Source: Eledone cirrhosa
Lineage: Eukaryota
Direction: 5' to 3'
Length of the DNA: 64,000 nt
Assembly: GCA_964016885.1 (NCBI GenBank)
Contig: OZ024741.1
Location: 175,398,001 to 175,462,000, forward strand
The position numbers and the translations under genes were made by a program. Below the pieces are notes generated by a model. It did not search any database. It was not told the DNA's origin and saw nothing but the letters and a program-made list of their open reading frames with translations. Positions 13,488 to 27,052 of this stretch are shown here, in pieces (positions within the stretch are counted from its first letter, which is position 1; each line of letters begins with the position of its first letter).

Positions 13488-16400
13488 TTACAGACACATA
13501 CTCAGAGCCATTCTTGCCTCTCTCACCCATCTTTCAACAAAATGCTGGGAAGAGAGCACTTCCCTCTCTAGCCTGATTTTCCTTTTCAAATGAAATTTGA
13601 AAAAATTAATGAGGGCATCACCGAAGAGGTAAGTGCTAATCTTCAGCCCTTTCCAACGCATCCACCATACTATCTCTTTCGCCATTGCCACCAGACAGAT
13701 AAAAACTGCCTGCCGTTCCCAGCTAAAGGAAGAGGGCGGGGCAATCCTCACGATGGACTCAGCTGATAGCTGGATCCGTCCTACACGCGACAGCAGGTGT
13801 TCGACATAAACCCACAAGTCAGCAATGCTCGGACACTGGACGAGTGCGTGCAGGACGGTTTCGTCGCCCTGTGCGCATCTCGGACATGCCCGGCTGACGG
13901 CACCTCCATGCCTGTAGAGTTTATCCCGAACTGGCAAAGCTCCTCGGTAGCACTGCCAGGCCGGGGATTTCTGGAAGTTGTCCATAGGCCCCGACCCGAA
14001 AGTTCTTCCGAAGAGATTAGCTAGTTGATTTACGTCGACGCCTAGAGTTTCTCCAAGTACGTCGTCGCTCTTCCCCTCCACTAATCCTCTATAGAACGCC
14101 AAGGTGGAGTTTCCACCGATCACATTGCCCGATTGGTCGAGGGCTGTGAGCGCCTGAAGACATTCCAGTCTCCAAGCGCTCCCTCTCGGTCTTCGCTTGA
14201 CCCAGGACTGCAGCTCCCTCAAGGAGACGAGCTGGGGAAAGACACGTCTAGTAACAGCGACCACACCTGAACACCGTCGAGGAAGAGGTGGAGATGTCGT
14301 AGCCTGAGCGCGTGTCTGCGCATCATCAGCCACGGCATGCGAACCCCTCCACGTAGCGGGTATTGACAGCAGATGGACCGCCTGACCATCGGAGCGCATC
14401 GCTTCATCAAAAAGCGAAAGAGCAAACGCTCCAGCGCAGTCAGGCGGGGCTTAGGACAAGGTACGACGGTCAGGCGGTAATAGATGACGGACGCTATGTA
14501 CGCGTTAGCCACCTCCGCCCGACCTTTCAGGGATAGCTTCATCTTCGCCCATTTCTGGGTGAGAGAAGCCACCCTGCTCGTTCCCTCGTCCCAGGTTTGT
14601 CCGTCTGGAGGTCCGAACCGAACCAGACCCCTAGCAATTTAACCGGTCCGTCCGTCCAGCGCCCGACGACGCTGTTGGACGGCATGGACCTGCCTCTCCA
14701 GGTGCCGAGCTGCAGGCCCACTGACTTTTCCTGGTTCATCATTGCTTCTATCACCGCTTCGTATTCTCTTAGTGTAGTGCCGATCGCCTCCATGTGTTTG
14801 GCGTTCGACACCTCTTTGGTGACATCGTCCGCATATGCTGACACGGATCTTCCGCATCCTAGTTCGCGCGGGACCCCCCTCAACCCCCCTCAACGTCTCC
14901 AGTTTGTGCAGTAATGGCTCGAGAGTCAATACGTACAAGAGGGACGAGAGGGGACATCCTTGGCGGACTGAGAGCATGATGTTGAACGGTTCCGAAAGGG
15001 GACCGTTCACTTTCACCACAGAGTAGATGTCGCTGTGCATGGCAGCGATCCAGCCTCTCAAGACGGGCCCAAAGCCAGCCGCCCTCAGGAATGCCGCTAG
15101 GTAACGATGGTCGACCCTTTCGACTAATCTAAATTGATCAAGGACCCACCCGTGCTAGATTCCCTAGCTATCCTCTCCACGTTGTATCGCATGAGGTGGA
15201 GGTTGTCGTGGATGGATCTGTCGTGAATGGCGCATGTCTGCGCCTCTCCCAAAAGACCACCAACGATTAGCGCCTACCTCTTTGCTAGCACCATGGCCAA
15301 AATCTTGAACAGTTTAGCAGAGTTATGTACCTACAATTAGCTATGTTATCCCCTTGTTCAGATCCTTTCTCAGCAGCGCCACAGAACTGGAAATTCTCCC
15401 GTTCTGTTGCCAGTTGCAGTAGACGTCCGCCAAGAGGCCTCCGAACAAATCAGGCATCTGTACGTAAAGTTAATAGGGCAGACCAGCCAAAGCAAGTGAT
15501 TTATCCCTTGTGCAGCCAGTCATTGCCTCCCGTACTTCAGCGGCTGTAATCGGCTTTTCGCAACACCCCGCCTCAGTGGCCGAGAGCCGCGGCAGTCCGT
15601 CGAGGTAAACACTAAAGTCCATCCCTCGATCCGGCCCGCCGCTGCCCCCGAACAACTGAGCGAAGTGTCGCTGAAAAGCTTCACACATTTTCCCGGGATC
15701 GAGCGAGTAGCATGCGCCCGTCGTGGTCCACCAAAGACCGGATGGTGGTTTTGTTGCCACGACGCGCCCCCGACACTCGGGCCCATTGAACGGCTTTCGT
15801 CCCCTCGTGTCTGAGAACACGCACCCTAGCTCTGACAACGCAGCCTTCGTGTTTTGCATTGAAGAATTGGTCAAGGGCCAATTTCGCCGCAAGTACGTCG
15901 GTCGTGATGCCTTTGCTAAGCGCCTCGTCTAATTTTCTAACTAGTTCTCCCTCTGCTCTATTTTTCTCTATAGCTAAAGCTTTACTAAACCTAATGGACT
16001 CTATTCTAATCGCTCTTTTCAGAGCAAACCACCACTTGTTGTTGACGATGGCCCCCGTCAACGCCCGCTTAACTAGTTAGCTAATCCGGTCTCTGTAGGC
16101 CTTGCGCGCTGGTAAGGACGCGTTTAGCTTCCAGTAGCCGGGTCCTTGTCTATGAAGCCTATCTAAGTCAATCACACAGATCACGAATTTGTGGTCCGTG
16201 TAGATGACTATCTTGAATTGTGGACAGCCTATGCTAGACCTATCTATTTCCCTACAAAATACTCTATCTAGATATGATCTGGAGGACCCGATGCGGTTTG
16301 TCCAAGTCCACATTGGCACATTCGGGAAATCCAATCGGTACCTTTCAGACAGTTCAAAACTCCTGAGCAGGTTGGTGAGGCTCTTGCACACTCCTCCCCT

Positions 16401-16871
16401 ATCCGCTAATCCCACACAGTCCCAGCGTATATCTATGATCCCGTTCCAGTCTCCCACTAACACTAAAGAGCGGGACGTTCCAAGAAAGGTCTCCAGACGC
16501 CGGAAGAAATCAGGCAGCCCTGCTCCTGTCGGGGCATAGACGGCCACTAGCCTAAAAGCTTGCCCGTCTCTGCTGGTCACGTCCAGCACCACCAACTTAC
16601 CTTCTGGTTACAGGAAGATGGCCCGTATGGCGAGATCCCTACCTCTCCGAAAAAGCACAGCAACTCCACCCCCCGATCCAGGACCGTTGTGTGATGCGTA
16701 CTCATCGTAGCCGCCAAAGATCGATGCGAAGGCCCGTGCTTCGGAGATTCTGGTCTCGGTAATGGCCACTACATCTATGTTTAGTGACCTGAGGTCGTTG
16801 AGCAGGTGGCCCTGCTTCCATGACGACCCCAAGCCACGCGCATTTATGCTGCCTATTCTGAGTGAGGTCAT
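13488..16871 (-). pseudogene. L1/Tx1 ORF2 (APE endonuclease, reverse transcriptase, C-terminal zinc finger), frameshifted
   Basis: SINARGL, ITET, VYAP, GDWN, SYLDR, TDHK, GYWKLN, VRQGCPLS, AYADD, LLGVWF, CPRC..ETVLHALVQC across ORFs 16608-16871, 16077-16595, 15681-16061, 14639-15061, 14539-14883, 14219-14572, 13488-14399. Confidence 0.92.
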
Positions 16872-17104
16872 GTTGAAAAGGAGTGGAAAAGATGGGAAAT
16901 ACCACTTACCTTACTTTTCGTAGAGGAAGGATGGTCTCTCCATCCTTTTCACTGCTTGTGGCCTCCTCCGGAAGAATGTCCTTATAAATACTCCTGGAGA
17001 GTGCTTGTCGGAAGTCTCCGATGTCTTTGGGGAATTTTTTTTTGTGTCATGTTTATTTTCTTTGTGATGCGAGTGATTTGTATGTGTGAAGGTGGTGTGA
17101 ACTT

Positions 17105-18837
17105 TTAGGGTGTTGTGTAGTCTTTTTCTGTGATGCTGGTGTTGTGTTGGATGTAGTGTAATAATTGGTTGTTGTTCAAATTTAATGCTGTGTAGTGTGT
17201 ATCGTTTTGGTTGTTGTGTTTTGTTTGCGTTAGTTGTGGGTTTGCTTCTTTTTCGCTTTTTGGTGACTTTTGTGGTGTTGGTGATGGTGGTGTTGGGATT
17301 AATGATGGTGATGTTGTTGGTGTTCGTGGTGATGGGGTTGGTGATACTGGTGTGGATGGTGGCATAACTATCCTAACTTTTTTGTTTGATAGTTTATTTG
17401 TTTCCCTCTGTATTGTGATTTTAGAGTGGGAAGGAAGAGGATTTTTTTTTCCTGATACAGTTTCCCACTCCTCGTCGTCACAATCTGTCTCCAGTTGCGA
17501 TAGGCCGGGGAGTTGAAAATCCTCCACAGGCGTTGGTTTTGGTTGTGGCGTGGTGGATGGTGGAGGCGCTGGTGCTAGTTCTGGCGCGGTGGTGGTGGTG
17601 TTGGTTTTGCTACTGTTGCTGGGGTTGTTGCTGCTACAGTTGCTTCTGTTGTTGCTGCTGCAGTTGTTGCTGCCATTTCTGCTGCTGTGGTGTTAATGGT
17701 CGAGTCACTGGGTGGGTAAGAGAGGTGGCCTCAACCTTTTAACCTGAGGGCAGAAAGCCTTTAGGTGGGTTCTTTCACCACAAACGACACACCTAGGCCT
17801 TCTACACTCGACGATTACGGTGAGGTGGCTGCCGTCAGTGAGGTCTATTACCTCTGGGATTTCCTCAATGCTTTTTTGGTCCGCTTGGATCAGGAACTAC
17901 ATCTCAGATCCGGACCAGTTATCCTGCTTTTCTTTTGATATTTCAATTATTTTGGTGTTGTCCTCGATGCCGGCGAGGACGGCAGCCATTAGCCAGGGAA
18001 TTTCGATGGCCGGTGGAACGTGGGTCACCCTGATATTCACGAGTCTCTGGCCACAATAGCTTGGGGCGGGTGTGAAGTCGTCGCTTCTTAATGGGGCCAT
18101 GGAGTGCTCTCTGGCCTCCTGTGGTGTTCCAGAGAACCCGTCCACGGTTCCATATTTCTGCCCACGTCTGATGTCGGTTTTTTTCGCCCACTCATGTCCC
18201 AAAGCTTTTTGGATTTGGGATCGGATGCCCGTTCCACTCGGCGCAATTTTGTGTTAATCGTCCGATAAGACACGGTGCATAGGCGCCGATGCTCCATTTT
18301 ATTAGGTGGAGGGTATGAGGCTGACCCTGTACCCATCTTTCTTTACCATTCTATTGACTTCATTTAATTCCTCCTGAGTTACCTCGATTTTTTCGCATTT
18401 CTTGGCTGCTTTGGCAAACGACACATTTGCGATGGTTTTGATGTTTTTGTTGTTATTCTCATTGTTGTTGTTGCTGTTGTTGTTATTGTTATTTTTGTTA
18501 TTGTTATTTTTAGTTTCAGTTGTGGTGGTGGTGGCGTCATTGGTGTTCGGTGTGGAAGAGTCGATTCTGGGTGAATCCATTTCGATGTCACGAGATAATA
18601 ATTTATTTTTTTCTTTTGTTTCTGTTGTCGCTGTGGTGGTGGTGAGGGTGGCGGCTTTAACACCTGCAGTTTTGGTAATGGCGGGAAATGAATGTCTGCA
18701 CGAGCCAAATTTAAATTATTGCTACTGCTTATATTTTTAGTGTTGGCAAACGTAGTAATATTTACAATGGTGGTGTTGGTGTGAAGTGTTAGTTTGTGAG
18801 GAAGGCTGTCAGTCTGGTGTGGCTGTGAGTCGTCCAT
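17105..18837 (-). pseudogene. L1/Tx1 ORF1 (gag-like), disrupted
   Basis: SFAKAAK, IRVTHVP, CVVCGERTHLKAFC zinc knuckle near 17745-17795, N/T/P-rich low-complexity stretches. Confidence 0.75.
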
Positions 18838-19084
18838 GATTTTTTCAAAGAAATTTTTTGTTTGATAATTATAAAAGTTTAAATTTTGGGCTCAATGCCA
18901 CAATCATTTTGAGTGTCCTTTTCCGAAAACAATATATGTGAACTTATAAACACTTAACAACAGAAATTTTCCATAAATGGCAATTTGAAACAACTGAAAA
19001 CAACAAACCTTTGCGGAGCTCACGATAATACGATTTCCTACGTAGGTCGCCAATAATAATAATAATAATAATAATAACAATAAT

Positions 19085-19400
19085 GATAGTTTCTACTGTA
19101 GATAGCAATTTGAAGGGGAGGGGGGAGTCGACTAAATCGGCCCCATTACTTACTAATGCTTTATTTTATCGAACCAGTAAGGTTGGAAGGCCAAGCTAAC
19201 CTCGGCGGGATTTGTAAAGGGCCATAACTCTATGCCACAAAGCATAGTGCCCGACGCTCTACCGATTCTGCCAATTCACTGCCCTTATATAATAATAATA
19301 ACAATAATAATAATAATGATTTCTAGAATAGGCACAAGGCCAGTCATTTGGGGGAGAGGAAAGTCGATTAAATCGACACCAGTGTGTTACTGGTACTTTA
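19085..19400 (-). mobile_element. Deu/Nin-type SINE plus the 3' part of a second copy
   Basis: Core at 19160-19215; ggcacaaggccag..actggtactttattt at 19330-19403. Confidence 0.6.
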
Positions 19401-19404
19401 TTTT

Positions 19405-21572
19405 GGAGAGGAATATGGGAGCTGGATGTTAAACATAATGACCAGGCAGTGTGGATTGAGACAGTACAGAAGGAGATTAGTGAACAGGCACACCAACAAA
19501 CTGATTTGAGTATCACAGTTGAAACTCTTAAGGGGCAGGCCAAAAAACTAACCAACTGGAAATCCCCAGGCCCAGATGCTGTGCAGGGGTATTGGATAAA
19601 AAATTTAACATCCCTCCACCCGAAACTGACAACCATGTTCAATGACTGCTTGATGTCAGGTGAGGTACCAGAGTGGTTGACAAAAGGTACCACAGTTCTG
19701 ATAATGAAAGACCGAATCAAGGGTAATGATGTTACCAACTATAGACCTATCACATGTCTGTCCGTAATGTGGAAACTGTTGACAAGCATTATGTCTGAGG
19801 AAATCTACCATCACCTCCACACAAACAACTTGTTACCGCACGAACAGAAAGGATGCCGAAAGAAGTCCCGTGGTACAAAGGACCAGTTACTTATTGATAA
19901 GATGGTCATGAGGAATTGCAAGAGGAGACACACTGGTCTTGCCATGGGATGGATAGAATACAAAAAGGCATTTGACATGGTGCCTCATTCTTGGATCACC
20001 AAAAGCTTGGAGATCTTCAAGGTGGCAGATAACATCAGACAGTTGTTGGGCAAAAGTATGAAGTCCTGGGAAACAGAGTTAACATCAACTGGAGAATCCT
20101 TGGGAAGCGTGAAGATCAAGGGAGGTATCTTCCAGGGAGATAGTCTGTCCCCTCTGTTGTTTGTCCTTGCCCTGATGCCCTTCACCATTATACTGCGAAA
20201 AGTGAGAGCAGGATACAAGTTGGGAAAGGGAGAGCTTACCATCAATCACCTCCTCTTCATGGACGATGTTAAGCTCTTCGGGAAGAATGAGAAGGAGTTG
20301 GATGTGCTTGTTGACACTGTCCGTATTTGCAGCAATTATATATGTATGCAATTTGGTATTAGTAAGTGTGGAGTCCTTGTGTGAAGAGGGGTAAATTGAG
20401 CAGAAGCAACGGAATCCAGGTACCAACAGGTGAGATGATAAAGGAAATTGACACTGAAGAAGGATACAAATATTTAGGTGTTTTGGAGGCTGATGACATC
20501 AAGAACAAAAAAATGAGGGACTTGATAAGATCTGAATACATTCAGAGAGTAAGGAGCGTATTGAAATCACACCTGAACAGTAGGAATGCCATAAGTGAGA
20601 AAATTCCCGAGCTGTGTCTATTATTATGTACAGTGTGGGAATTCTGAGATGGAATGTTGCTGAACAAAAAGAAATGGATAGGAAGACTAGGAAGCTATTG
20701 ACTATCTACAACATGTTCCACAAGAGGAGTGATGTCGATAGACTCTACTTAAGGATGACTGTGTTCAGATGGAGAAAACTGAATTCAGAGATCCACCGAC
20801 ATGGAACTGGTTGAAATGAGGAGACCTTTAAAAGGCTACAGAATGAATGCTAATCGCTGCGCAAGAGCAGGCCCTCAAAACGAAGTGGTTGAAACACCAT
20901 ATTTACAAGGAGGAGGCTAGCCCCCTGTGCAGGATCTGTGGAGAGAGGAGACTGTGGCTCACATTGTATCCGAGTGTAAACACCTAACCCAGACTCACTA
21001 TAAAGGCTGGAGACATGATGTGATGGACAGGGTGATCCACTGGCACCTATGCAAAGTAAACAATTTACCACATTCTGAGAAGTGGTATGAGCATAAGCAA
21101 GAGTCGGTGATAGAAAACGATCAGGTGAAGGTGCTGTGGGATTTTAGGATACAGACGGACAAGAAACTGCAACACAATAGACCTGACCTGGGGTTCTTGG
21201 ACAAGGAAAAAAGATCGTGCCTGATTGTGGATGTAGCCTGCCCATTCAACACGAGAGTGCAAGAGAAGGAGAGGGAGAAAATTAACCGATACCAGGACTT
21301 AAAGTGGGAGGTAAAAAGGATTTGGAACTGCCATGAAGTCAAAGTGGTCCCGATTGTCACAGGCGCACTAGGTACTATCTCAAAGAGTTTCCAAGTATGG
21401 TTAAAGAAAATTGGTCCCGCCCCGATTTTTGGAACACTTCAAAAGGCATGCTTGCTGGGAACAGCAAGAACCCTCCGATACGTCCTGAATATCTGAGGCT
21501 GCAGGTAGTGGCTTGATATTCATTTCAACAAATGAAGAGACTCAAAGAACAATAATAATAATAATAATAATA
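19405..21572 (+). pseudogene. R4/Dong-clade LINE, 5'-truncated (RT, CCHC, restriction-like endonuclease)
   Basis: KSPGPD, NYRPITCL, EQKG, KAFDMVPH, GIFQGDSLSP, HLLFMDD, YKYLG, ETVAHIVSEC, RHD, NRPD, VDVACP, KxxRY; ends in (AAT)n. Confidence 0.92.
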
Positions 21573-21657
21573 ATTGTTTCTACTTTTGGCACAAGGCCAG
21601 CAATTACCCAGTGCATTAGTGTACTTTATTTTATAGACCCCGTAAGGATGAAAGGCA

Positions 21658-21692
<35 letters not shown>

Positions 21693-22439
21693 GCGAAGAA
21701 GATAGTTGTGGATTGATTGTTATGGATTCGCTCCCGTAAGTCTTTGGTTTGTTACATATTTAAACCAACTGTGATATAATAATTCTTATTATATAAGGCA
21801 CTAGCTCAGAAGTGAGATCCCATAATACCCTGGCATAGGGCTCAAATATTTAATTTTGTATTAGAAATTACATATTAAAAAAAAATGGTTACAAACGGAA
21901 GAGAACCCCTCTGTATACACTAAATACAACAGCCAAATAACGGCAATTTCAGCATCACCACCACCAATCCCAGCATAATAAGTAATAATTATTATTGTAT
22001 CTCAAGTTTTCTCAAAATGTTTAGTTCAAATATTAAGGAAGGATGTCAACATGTATATTAAATATAAGTAACAAGCGATAAAACTACTGAACAGAACAAA
22101 GGAAACAAATATCATATAAAAGAAACACAACAACTCAATTTAGACAAACCAACAAAATTTAGACAAACCAACAGCAACAACAACGCCATCACTACAGCAG
22201 CACTACCCCATCACCACCGCCAACACTACTCCATTGCCGCCACCACTCCATCATTGCTACCATCACTATTCCTCTACCACCTTCTGTTAACTAAAGAAAA
22301 GACGACACAAAATTTTCTGAGAAGAGGGAAGGTAGCAGTAACACTAGACAAGAGTAGAAAGCAAGAATCTTCAAAAAGATATAAATAGACTGACTTAGTA
22401 ACCCGGTCAAAATTAAATTTTGAACATCTCAACATTAAC

Positions 22440-24143
22440 AGCGACACTGTTTTACATGGATGACCTGAAAGTATTTTCAGTTCAGTGATGATATTAAAAT
22501 GGAGTTTGGACTAGATACATACGCCAAAGCCACGTTCACAAGAGGAAAGCTGCTGAGAAGTTTAGACATTAATCTTGATCGGGGGAATGTGATAAGAGAA
22601 CTTGACCAAGAAGAAACTTATAAATATCTAGGTGTTTGTGAAGGAGACGGAATCAAGCACTCGACAATGAGAGAAAGGATAAGGAAGGAATGTTACCGCA
22701 GAGTAAGGGCAATCTTAAGAACGGAGTTGAATGCAAGGAATAGGATCGATGCCTTAAACACACTTTCCATACGAGTAGTAACTTTCAGTTTCAATATCAT
22801 CAACTGGTGAAGCACAGAGATCCGTAGGCTTGATACGAAAATAAGAAAATTCTTAACCATGCACAGAATGCATAATTCTAAGGCAGATACAGATAGAATA
22901 TATCTCCCTAGGAAAGAAGGAGGACGTGGATTAATCCAGTTAGATATTTCTTTGAAAACTGCAACAATTGGATTATCTACATATCTAAGGGAAGCATATG
23001 ATTGCATGATCAAATTCGCTTGAAACATGAAAGCATCAAAAGATCATACTCCATTACAAAAGATGCACAAAGATACAGTAATCAACTACAAATTTCAGAA
23101 GTTCCCTTCACTGCTGAAATGAAAAATACAGAAAAAGCAAAGCATGTAAAAGTAACTGCAAAGAAAGAACTGCTAAAGAAACTGGCTAAGAAATGGCAAG
23201 AAAAGCTTCTGTATGGAAAATACCCAGAACGAGCTAATAATCCTGATGTTGACAAAACTTTAACCCATCAGTGGTTGGCATCCTCTGGACTGAAATCAGA
23301 GACTGAAGGACTGATTATATCAGCACAAGATCAGTGTCTGCCAACAAACAATTATCAAGCCAATATCATAAAAAATGGATGCAACCCATTATGCCGTGTA
23401 TGTAAAAAACAACCAGAGACTATTGATCATATAATTTCAATGTGCAGCCTTATAGCTCCAACCGAGTGCCTAAACAGACACGACAGAGCTGGACAATACA
23501 TACATTGGGTAATGTGTAATCATTTTGACCTGCCCCATCAAAAGAATTGGTGGGGGCATCAACCACCTCCTATACTTGAAAGAGTCACATCTCAATCTTG
23601 TGGAACTTTAGCATCCAAACAGATGCAAATAGACCTGATAGAAAAATAGATGCAAATAGACCTTATATAATACTGAAATACTTTAAAAAGAGGGTATGCC
23701 TGCTAATTGATATGTCTGTTCCAATAGACAAGAATGTATCTATAAAAACATTTGAAAAATTGAGCAAGTTTAAAGACCTGGAGATAGAGATTGGAAAATC
23801 TGGAAGTTGAGAACTAAAACAATACCAGTGGTTGTAGGCGCTCTAGGAATGACACCTAAGGGGTCTAATGATTACTTATCCCAAATCCCAGGAAACAAGC
23901 ATATCGAAGAAATACAAAAGATAGTACTAATGGGAACCGCCCATATACTAAGGAAGATTCTATCAATATAAATACATCACAGGTCTAAACACTTAAAGAT
24001 GCATGTGTGTGTGTATGTGTTCTTTCTTGAACATGGCGGACCTTGTTGTCTCTTGAGGTCACTGGTTGTGACTTGGTGATAACTCGTATGACTTGGTGAT
24101 AACTTATATTTATCGCAAGATAAATGAAAAAAAATAATAATAA
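22440..24143 (+). pseudogene. Second R4/Dong LINE 3' fragment (different subfamily)
   Basis: YMDDLK, MEFGLD, YKYLG, GGRGL, AQDQ, CRVC..ETIDHIISMC, RHD, NRP, IDMSVP; ends in an A/(AAT)n tail. Confidence 0.9.
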
Positions 24144-24149
24144 TTAACA

Positions 24150-24712
24150 CAATAGGAGAAAAAGTAACAATTCTCTGGGACTTTCCTGTACATACTGACA
24201 GGATCATAAAAACAAATAGACCTGTCATCATTGTAAAAGATCAACATAACAAGGTCTGTTTATTGATAGATATGAGCATTCTATGTGATCAAATATCGCG
24301 GCAAAAGAATTTCACAAGCTACGAAAATATAAAGATCTGCTAATTGAAATTGAGAAAATGTGGCATCTCAAGCCCGTTACAATACCAGTGATTGTAGGAG
24401 GACTGGGAATGATCAAGAAAGGAACAGAACAATATTTGCGAATGATTCCTGGTTTACCCTCTCTGCACAAGGTGCAAAAAATTGTTTTGACAAGTACTGC
24501 ACACGTATTGAGAAGAGCACTATCTCTGTAAGATTGATATCCCTCCTTGTATTTACAGATGCATATGCACATGTGTATATATGTATACTGTTTTTTTTTT
24601 GTTTTTTAAAATTATAATCAATGTGCTGTATTAACTGGCTTACCAATGCACACTGTGAATTTATTTGCCCTAGGTGTCAGGAAGATACTCGACATATATA
24701 TCAGAAAAATAA
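24150..24712 (+). pseudogene. Third R4/Dong fragment (endonuclease end plus 3' UTR)
   Basis: ILWDFPVHTDR..NRP, KYKDL..EIEKMW, IPVIVGGLG, LTSTAHVLR. Confidence 0.8.
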
Positions 24713-24895
24713 TTGTTTCTACTTTAGGCACAAGGCCAGCAATTACCCAGTGCATTACTGGTACTTTATTTTATCGACCCCGTAAGGATGAAAAGCAAAG
24801 TCAACATCGGCGGGATTTGAACTCAGATCGTAAAGGGACGTAACTATCTGGAAAGCATGGCGTCCGACCCTCCACCGATACTACCAATCCACCAT
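24710..24895 (-). mobile_element. Deu/Nin-type SINE (young subfamily)
   Basis: Near-identical to 37160-37292, 39380-39570, 50443-50632 and 21572-21659. Confidence 0.8.
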
Positions 24896-25689
24896 ATATC
24901 TCAGAAACAATAATGAAAGAAAATAATAGTAATAATAATATGGAAGATGATTATGTCATAACGATTTAAATGAAATTTGATCTATGATAATTTATTTGGT
25001 TATGATTTGGTGGGAGATTCTGCGTCCATAGAATTTTCAGGTACCCTGAAATTCATGGTACAAATGTATTATTCCTAATACACAATAACATCCTATTCTC
25101 TGACTTGCCGTATTTTGATCGGTATCCATCATGGAATTCAAATTTCAAATATGTGTGTTTTTCCTTCCTTCAGAACTATGGTCAGAAACTATGGTCTTTT
25201 CTCGATGACTGGGGTGGAGGCAGGAAGGGAGGGGGAGCTGGCCTGAATATTTACAATAGTGTGGACTTCACTAAAGGTGCCAAAAAATGTCTACCATCCA
25301 AGTAGTCGTCTCTGGTGGGATTTGCATGCTGAATGCTAAGAACTTGGACGCTCCAACAATTCCACACCAGACTGATAATTATGTATCCTATCGATTCTCG
25401 TATGTAACATTCTTCGAATGAATGAAAGAAAGATTGACACAAACAAACCAAGTAAGAACGAGAGAGAGAAGAACAAAATGAAGACTTGTTTTTTACTTGG
25501 TCTTAAGTCTAGAAATAATATTAAACATTTATTTTGTTGGAACGGGATAGCATACACGTACATCCACGCGTGCACACATACACATACACATCTAAACGAA
25601 AAACAACAAAAAATAAGCAGATTCAATTTCATAAAAATATTTATTGAAAATAACCATATCAATCAATGTATATATATATATATATATAT

Positions 25690-25766
25690 ATTCTCGTTCT
25701 TTTACAAAGGCGGATGCAAAAGAAAATTATATATATACATGTGTATATATATATATGTATTTATTT

Positions 25767-25797
<31 letters not shown>

Positions 25798-25847
25798 AAT
25801 ATACATGTATAAATATATATATATATATGTATTTATTTATACATGTA

Positions 25848-25913
<66 letters not shown>

Positions 25914-25919
25914 TACATG

Positions 25920-25957
<38 letters not shown>

Positions 25958-26043
25958 TACATGTATAAATAAATACATATATATATATATGCATGTATAT
26001 ATATAATTTTCTTTTGCATCCACCTTTGTTAAAGAACGAGAAT
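25690..26043. repeat. Inverted repeat with a (TA)n core
   Basis: ttctcgttcttttacaaaggcggatgcaaaagaaaatt versus aattttcttttgcatccacctttgttaaagaacgagaa. Confidence 0.8.
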
Positions 26044-26794
26044 AATGTTTGTTAAAAGAAGAAAGACACTCTGAGTCTTAGAGTCTATAATCGGATTTCA
26101 GGGTTAGCAATTCGGTTGTGGCGGAACCAAGAATTACTTTGAATGCTATAGATACTGGAGTTGAGTGCTATGGAAGTATAAACTAAATATTTTGGTAACG
26201 TCCCTAGTTGAAAAAATGAGGAGGGTGTTAGGGAGGGGGGAGAGAGAGAGAGACGGGAGATAGCAAAAGTAAGGGAGAAACAAAGTTACAGAATGAGAGA
26301 AGACCAGGAGAGATAACGAAGAAAAGTTAGGTGGGTGTGGGTGGTAAAGGGAGCTGGGTGGGGGAAATGGAACAGAGCTACATAGAGAAAAAAGAATGGA
26401 GAGAATGAGAGAGAGAGAGGGCGAGAAATAGAGGAATGGGTGGGACGGTGGTAAGTGATTGAGTGAAGGGGGGGGGGGAATGGAGGGGAGAATATGGCTT
26501 AAATGAGAGAGAGGGTGAGAGTGGGAGAAAGGGGGGAGTGAGGGGAAGTTATCAATATGAAAATCACGTAAGAAGCCATGCGGCTCACATAACTTGATAA
26601 ATACGTTACTTAATTTTGTACACTGAACTCAGCTTCCCAATCAATATATGATGTCGCCTCAGTAATCGATAGTTATATTTAAAATTTTAGACGATGCCTA
26701 AGCATGTAAACAAATAAACAAACACACAAACACCCACACTCACACACATACACACACATGTATATATATATTAAAATGAAATTTAGCTCCCAGG

Positions 26795-26871
<77 letters not shown>

Positions 26872-27021
26872 ATCTATATATATATATATATATATTCAAG
26901 TGTTAAACTAATATTTCTTCTTTGTACTGTGATTCATTTTTTCTTTGTTATTTCTGTTTGCTTCATTCATATATGCATGCATACGTACACACATGCATAC
27001 ATGCATGTCGCGCGAGTGTGT

Positions 27022-27052
<31 letters not shown>

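Larger units (their letters stand above)
13239..19051 (-). mobile_element. Near full-length (~5.8 kb) L1/Tx1-type non-LTR retrotransposon inserted in (AAT)n
   Basis: 5' UTR, ORF1 with CCHC knuckle, ORF2 APE-RT-zinc finger, AATAAA just before an (ATT)n tail; (AAT)n on both flanks. Confidence 0.9.
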
